A stretch of 64,000 bases of DNA from Selaginella moellendorffii (taxonomy: Eukaryota; Plantae; Lycopodiophyta). The notes under the pieces were generated by a model. It did not search any database. It was not told the DNA's origin and worked only from the letters and a program-made list of their open reading frames with translations. This document shows positions 57,768-64,000 of the stretch, piece after piece. The translations under genes were made by a program, and so were the position numbers. Location of the stretch: positions 1,720,672-1,784,671 of the forward strand of contig NW_003314268.1 in the NCBI RefSeq assembly GCF_000143415.4, given 5' to 3'. Positions within the stretch are counted from its first letter, which is position 1; each line of letters opens with the position of its first letter.

Positions 57768-60700
57768 TCAGGAAGAAGCTCTTGGAAGAACAAGGAGCTC
57801 GTCGCCCGCCACCCAAGCTAGCTTCTCCGACTTGTTGGGAGGATTCGTCACCCACTGGTTCCCATTAGCTGCGCATTTGTGAGCAACTATAATCTCCCCT
57901 TTCTGGACCGCTCGAGCTTGCAGTTCCCAGAAAGTGAGTTTCTCTGATTCGACATCGCCCTGGAGGTAGCTCGTCACCTGCTGTAGCACCATTGTGTTCT
58001 GCGAATCCCCCACGACCTTGTCCAGGACGGATCCCACGTCCACGTCCTCGGCAAGGTTGGCAAGAACCATGGCTTGAAGGTAATCTGGATCGACTGTATC
58101 GTCCAACCACGCACCATGCACTTCCTGGAGTGCAGTATCTTCCAACGTCGGTAACTCGGCCACAATTGTCGAGTCCTTTCGGCCTCTTTCAATCTGATTC
58201 CACACGAAGACAGAAAAAGAAAACTGAGCTAGCTGAATAAGAAGGATAACACCAAACCTGTATATGGCGGATGAACATCGCGGTTACTGCCGTGTTATTG
58301 AGATCCGGACCCTTGTCTTCATCCATCAATATTATAACTTTGTCAAAAGCTTCTACCGGCAACTCTTTAAGAACTTTAAGAGACAATGGATCTCCGTATA
58401 CTGAGAGAGAGGCATGTTAGAGACAAAGTGGATCTCAGATGGGCTTACTATGTCGAATGCTCGCATGTTTCAGCTTGAAATCGTCCTCAAGCAGCTCCTG
58501 CGGTTTTACAATTGAGAGGACAGTGACTTGACTCCCTGCACAACAAAGCCTCCATTTTTATACATGGGCTTTAAAACAAAAGTCTTACCTCTTGAAACAG
58601 ACGAATCTATCAGACGCAGCACGTCGTCAAGGTCGTTTCTCCATCCAACAATAAGCACGTTGAGACTCGGCTTCTTGTGGCTGGCCTTTGTAGTCAAGCT
58701 CGGTACATGGGGAGGCACGTACAATGTTGCAGCAGGCTTGTAGCTTTCATCGTTCTCTGAAATCACCAGCAACCTATCACCTTCCTTCACACATTTTAGA
58801 TGATTAGCATCAAAACCATCCAGCACAGATCCAACCTCGATGACAGTTTCTGGTGGAGGATTTACAAGTGTACAGCTCTGGCCAGACGGAAGTGTCTTCC
58901 TCAAACCGCAAGGGATAGCATCCGGAAAAAGAAAAATCATTTCTGAAAATTTCCTCCCCACGAGCTCCGGCCTACAGACAAGTTTGTGAACCGCAAAAAA
59001 GTATTCCAAACACAGTACCAATATTTAAGACGGAATTCGCAACCTTCAAACTGTAAAAGCTCTTTCAAAACTTCTACAGTTCCTGGTTCAAGTGCCCGTT
59101 TCACCATTATTCGTAAAGCCATGTCACCCGTAGCAACCGGCACCATTTTCCGTCGTCTGCGCAACCATACTTTCAGATGGCAGTTAGAGCTCTGTAATCA
59201 GCTTAAATACCTCATGTAAGGGCTCGTAGATGCCTTCAGCATCTTAGACTGGCCGAAAGGAAGAAGGGTGCCAATAATTCCTTGCAATTCAGACACATGA
59301 TCAAGTTCTGCCAGTTCTGCAATTATGTCAGCACGTATCTCTGGAGAGTTTGCAAGTAAAATGCATGTCTGGATAACCTGCATTGCAGTAAACGTTTTCA
59401 ACGAAATACACTTGAAGCTTGCAACATACTTACAATAGCATCTGCTTTTAGCGGGCTCAATGCGGGTGACAAAACGACAATGGTTCTCGCCAAGGATGCA
59501 GAGCATAGCTTTAAATCATCTATCGATGCAGCAGATCCACTCCTGGTAACCACCTGATGTGAATGTGAAAGAAATCCGGAGAAATTGTCAAATACAATAA
59601 CTAGAAGCTCACTTTCGTCCCGAACCGATCAGGCAGAGGAAGGTTCTGCTTTAAATCACCATCCATCTCCTCTTTTGGAGCATCTCCTAAAATGACGATG
59701 CTTCTCTTGTTTCCCCGAGTTTTATTTGCTATCGCGAGCTCCTTCACTAGTGGTATTGTTTTCTTCGTCCATCCTAGAATCGTTAAAGCTTGTTGAAGTA
59801 AACAGTAAACGTAATAGGCTTGACTCACCGATAATCAGCGTGTGGTTCTCCTCAAGTACTCTACTCTCTCCTTTACTCAACTGGTCCACTTTACTGGCAA
59901 CGGCATCGGTCATCAGCCCGACCAGCAGCGCGAAGAAAAACATTCCCCCTATGCTGATCGGAACCGCGACAAGTCTCTTACGGAAAGTGTCCTGAGTGCA
60001 CTAAAGAGTGAGGAACAACGCACGCAAGGCGAAAGCAAACGTTGTCACCTCGCTCGCATGAGCACCGGAGTCTGCAATGAACGTCCAGGCCGTCCAGAAT
60101 GACTCTGGCAAGTCCTTGGATGTCTGTGGAATTGCAAATTGGAAATAGAGAAAACCTGCACACTAAAACATTATCTCCAACTAGAAGACATGCATATCTA
60201 TCTAACTTGTCATGCATACCACCGAGAGCCGTCATGAGCGCGCATATGGCAATGAGCATGATGGCCTAGCTACAAAGAAAGACGCTGCGTTAGCACGAAA
60301 ACAGCGAGGTTAACGAGATTTTTTAAAAAGTCTCACCTTTCCAGCCGGTTTCGTGGCGAAGAAATAATCCAGCGCGTACATGGCTTTGTCTTTCAGCGTA
60401 GCAATCTGATTTGGAGCTTGAACAGGCGCCGTAGTAATCACTATCTGTTCTTCGCAAGGATCTGTGTCATACATGCTAATGCGATGAAAAGCAAGCCTAC
60501 CTCCGCTGTAGCAGCATAAGCCAGGTGGTCCCTTGCCTTGATACGGCCCGGAAATCCGAGAGCTCCCATGGCGACACCCAACGAAATGCATGCTAGTAGC
60601 TTAGTGAATCGAGTTTCCTTTTGACAATAGAAGAAAGAAAATATAACAAGAAGCAAAGTTGCGGTAGAAGAGAGCTACCTTGTAGTTTGATGTCTTGTCT

Positions 60701-60891
60701 TGCTTGCACAGGACCAGCAAATCCGCCTGAGAGACACGCGCCGATGAAGACGCTCGCTGCCTGTGGACGAGAGTGAGAATTGGAGGCTGCGGCAGCAACC
60801 TACATTGCTGCAGCTGCCCGCCGCGTGGCGTGCAGAGCGGCACAACGCTGCAAACGCGGCCAGACATATATGCCCTAAATTTGCCTCGCAT
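57768..60891 (-). CDS. Divergent CASTOR/POLLUX/DMI1-like cation channel with tandem RCK domains, multi-exon
   Basis: YALDYFF, WTFIADSGAHA pore, ISIGGMFFFALLVG, VLEENHTLIIGW, RSGS and ILIVGWR-like motifs, and a C-terminal LTFWEL..RA..NPP. Start codon uncertain (60891 or 60867). Confidence 0.85.
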
Positions 60892-60994
60892 CCATCCCCT
60901 CTCTTGTGATCAGTTTCAAGTACGCGCACCATGGAGGGACGACTTCCAAAAACTTAAAATACGGTATACAATTATGAAAACTGCGGCTGTACAC

Positions 60995-61022
60995 GTCGTC
61001 GTCGTCGTCGTCGTCGTCGTCG
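60995..61022. repeat. (GTC)n trinucleotide microsatellite
   Basis: About 9 GTC units in the short spacer between the glucanase and channel genes. Confidence 0.9.
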
Positions 61023-61074
61023 CGGATGAATCATACTACCTAGAACAAACTCGTCGCGGTCGCCGGAGGCCTAC

Positions 61075-62597
61075 TTAGAAAAGCAAGAAGAGAAACGCCA
61101 GGGAGGCGGCCAACAGTGACGATGCCGCCGACAACCCGGGAGGAGGAGACGCGGCCGTCACAATCCCAATCCTAAACTTGCAATCCCCTTGCGACGGATC
61201 CACGTCCGTGACTTTGCCGAGGCCATCGAAGTAGCAGCTGTTCCCCATCTGGCCCTTGAGCTGGTAGTAGCTGTTGAAGGCATACGACGCATTGCCGTCG
61301 CCACCGATGCCATTGCAGGAGCCGCCATACATGAGCGACGTGCAGTCGGCGTACATGCAAGCGTAGGCCACATTGTCGCCCAGCCGCGTCCTGTCCGCCG
61401 CCGGATCCAAAACACACCACTTGCGCGGCAAGTAGTCCACGCCGGGGGCATTCACCAGGCTCGCGATGGATCCGCTCCCGCTCAGGTCCAACTGGTACTT
61501 GGCCTGGCCATCGAAAGTGTAGATCCCCCAGTGCCGCTCAAAGTTCCCCGGCGCGATGCTCTTCTGGTCCTCGTCCGTGAGCGAGAAGAGGTACACGTCC
61601 AGCGGCCGCGGGGACAGCGGAGTCCCGCGGCCGACGTGCGTGGCCAGGCCGCGGTAGAACCTCTGCGCGCTGGCCATGTTGGCATTCGGATCGCCATCCG
61701 TCGGCCACCCCACCTCCCCGACCAGAATGCTGACGTTGCCGAACCCGTTCTTCCGCAGCGCCGATACCAGGAGATCATACGACGCGTCGAAGACGTTGGT
61801 GTAGGAAAGAGCGCCGTCGACTGTCGGTGGCAGGGCCCCGTCGAAGAAGGCGAACTCTCGCGGGAAGTTTGCATCCTGCTGCAGGCTGAGGAAGGGGTAG
61901 AGGTTGATGGTGAAGGGGCACTGGTTCTGATCGAGGAATGCCACCAGCTGGGACATGATGTCCTGGATGTCGGGCCGGAAAATGCCCGCCGACGGGACGT
62001 TCACTCCGCCATTACTCAGCACGTCGGCGTTGAGCGGAACCGTGACCTTGATCTCGTCGGCCACCTTGTGCTTCACCAGCGCCTGGTGGATGTTCACCGC
62101 CGCCGGCAGAGTGGAGCTTATGAAGCTCCCGTTGTAAGCCGTGAGGAAAGGCTCGTTGCCCACCGCCACGTACCTGCGGCAAGGCAAGCAAACAACAAAG
62201 ATGTCAGCTCCACCGCGCTCGTCAGCTGCGAGCAAGAAAGGACTCACTTGATCTTGACGCCACCATCGATCAAGAAGCGGGTGACATTGCGCTTGACCCA
62301 CCTCTCCGCGGCGTCGGTGCTAGTGGCCATCATTTCAAGCATGTCATTGGGGATTGCAACCATGACCTCGATGTCAGTACCTGCGAACGCCCTCACCATT
62401 GCGAAATCCGCATCGAACAGCTTCACCCGGGTGATGTTGTTGGCCCTGAGCAGCCGCGCCACAACCTTTGGGGGCAAAAGGTGCGACGACATTGTGCCAT
62501 AGTTCACCCCGAGCGCTGCCTCTGACACGCCCATCCACGCCACCACCGCCACCATCGCCACCAATCCCAGCAGCAGCTGCTGGCCAAGAATCGCCAT
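61075..62597 (-). CDS. GH17 beta-1,3-glucanase with X8 (CBM43) domain and GPI-anchor-like tail; exons 62597-62248 and 62173-61075
   Basis: Signal peptide, LGVNYG, YVAVGNEPF, VGEVGWPTDG, GNFERHWG, WCVL...ADCT...NASYAFNSYYQ X8 motif and hydrophobic C-terminus. Confidence 0.96.
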
Positions 62598-62886
62598 CTT
62601 GGGCGCCTCACACCACTTTCCCTTGGCTACCTAGCTGCGTACAGGAAAAGAGGGTCCCCTGTGGCACCGCCTCCTCTTTAGGTCAACCTCATGGTTTGAA
62701 AAACCCCCCGGAACGGTCGGCTGTGTCTGAAAACGTCAGGCTGACACGTGGATCCTTGTCACTAGCCGAATTGCTTGCCCTTTTTCCACTCACAATCATC
62801 TTCTTCTTTAGTCCTAGCTGAGCCTTGATCATGGCAACCAGTATCTTTTAAGACTAAGTTCTTGTCAATTTGCCCTAGCTTATGAA

Positions 62887-64000
62887 ATGGAGGTTTTGAG
62901 CGAGGTGCATCTGGAATGCGGATCTGGATGCGTCGTGTCCTGCTTCACAATCAGCAGCGCCAAGTCAGGTACACTCTCTGGGCTCGGATCGTCCACCCAA
63001 ATATCTTCCTACGCAGACAGTGACAAAGTTCCATCGGCTCAAGGGCGCAGCTCGGCGGCGCATCAAGTGGATACAACGAGTGGAGTGGACGACGATGGTG
63101 ATCTCATTGTCGCTCGGAGAAGCACAGCAGTTTTGGTTCCAGGTAACCTTTCCAAGTTCCGGGAGTGTTGAGTGCTATCTAAAGGGACTGTGCAGACAGG
63201 CCGAGAGAGTCCATACTGATATATCACAACATGGCCACCGCCATCCCTCTAGTAGGTTTGCAGGTACAGCGGGCGCGCCTAAGCTTGCAGTGTGGATGAA
63301 TTCCGGATGCCTCCTCAGGTGTGGAGAGGAGCACTACTCCTTGCCGACTTTATAATCCACAAGTGCAAGAACACCTCCGACTTTGAGAATGTCACGGCTC
63401 TGGAATTCGGGTGCGGGACAGGTAAAGGTGCTTCCTTCCTGCGTGTGTGAATTTGTTTCCCCATCTGCAGGACTAGCAGGCATTACCCTTGCACGCCATG
63501 CCAAGCTCGTTTTCCTGACGGACAGGGGTGCGGATGTGCTTGACAACTGCTCTCGGAACGTTTTTGCAAACCGCGAGTCCTTTCTTCGGGGCGAGTCCGG
63601 CGTTAGAGTGCGAGAGCTGGATTGGGAGGAAGGCTGGCCACCCCGGACGACAAACATGCAACAGGCAGCGTGAGTTTGTGTTCCCCAATTGTTCTTTCAA
63701 TCCGCTTGACGCTTGCTTTACTCCACAGGACGAGCTCTCCGTACCTTTGGAGCCAACAGGATCTCAAGGATGTGGAGGACGCCACCATCTTTCTGGCCGC
63801 AGATGTCATCTACAGCGACGACTTGACCGATGCTTTCTTCCGAGCTGTGTCAAAGATGCTCCTTCCTGGATCAAACAAAGTTGAGCCAAAGTCCTACCTT
63901 AAAGCTCTCGAGTTCCTTCTCACTCCACCTGGTGCACAGGCACTCTACCTTGGACTTGAGAAGCGCTACAATTTTTCCATGGACGCGCTGGACGTGGTAG
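62887..64000 (+). CDS. METTL22-like protein-lysine methyltransferase (family 16), 3' end outside the window
   Basis: MEVLSEVHL, DDDGDL, VGLQVWRGALLLADF, LEFGCGTGLAG, VRELDW, AADVIYSDDLT and LEKRYNF. Confidence 0.88.

Noticed and set aside
61189-62502. 437-aa antisense ORF over the GH17 glucanase
   Set aside because: Same GC3 shadow-ORF effect.

Overview
Very gene-dense eukaryotic land-plant nuclear DNA with tiny (~50-60 bp) GT-AG introns and SS-repeat-rich PLS-type PPR genes. These traits suggest the lycophyte Selaginella, but this is an inference from architecture, not a database match. About 24 protein-coding genes can be supported: a CYP71-clan P450, isopropylmalate isomerase large subunit, two WAK/LRK10-like receptor kinases, an OVATE protein, SAM synthetase, fibrillin, an F-box protein, WDR11, two PPRs, a methyltransferase, PICALM/ANTH, TIC236, an Apd1-like ferredoxin, PAT10, a glutaredoxin, a Bet v1-like protein, myosin XI, NhaD, NSRP1, DUF3598, a CASTOR/POLLUX-like channel, a GH17 glucanase and partial METTL22. 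The first 7 kb is atypical. It holds an inverted, pseudogenised partial copy of the isomerase gene, the P450 and a CpG-depleted decayed repeat island with minisatellites. Best leads: (1) a 51-aa uORF below the ORF-track cut-off upstream of the methyltransferase, likely a conserved-peptide uORF; (2) a co-directional four-gene run with 183/90/37-bp spacers; (3) a divergent CASTOR-like channel with an ADSGAHA filter and a transit-peptide-like N-terminus; (4) a secretory glutaredoxin with a CTMT active site and KTEL end; (5) a head-to-head PPR pair 84 bp apart. Exon boundaries were read by eye, and start codons are uncertain where noted.
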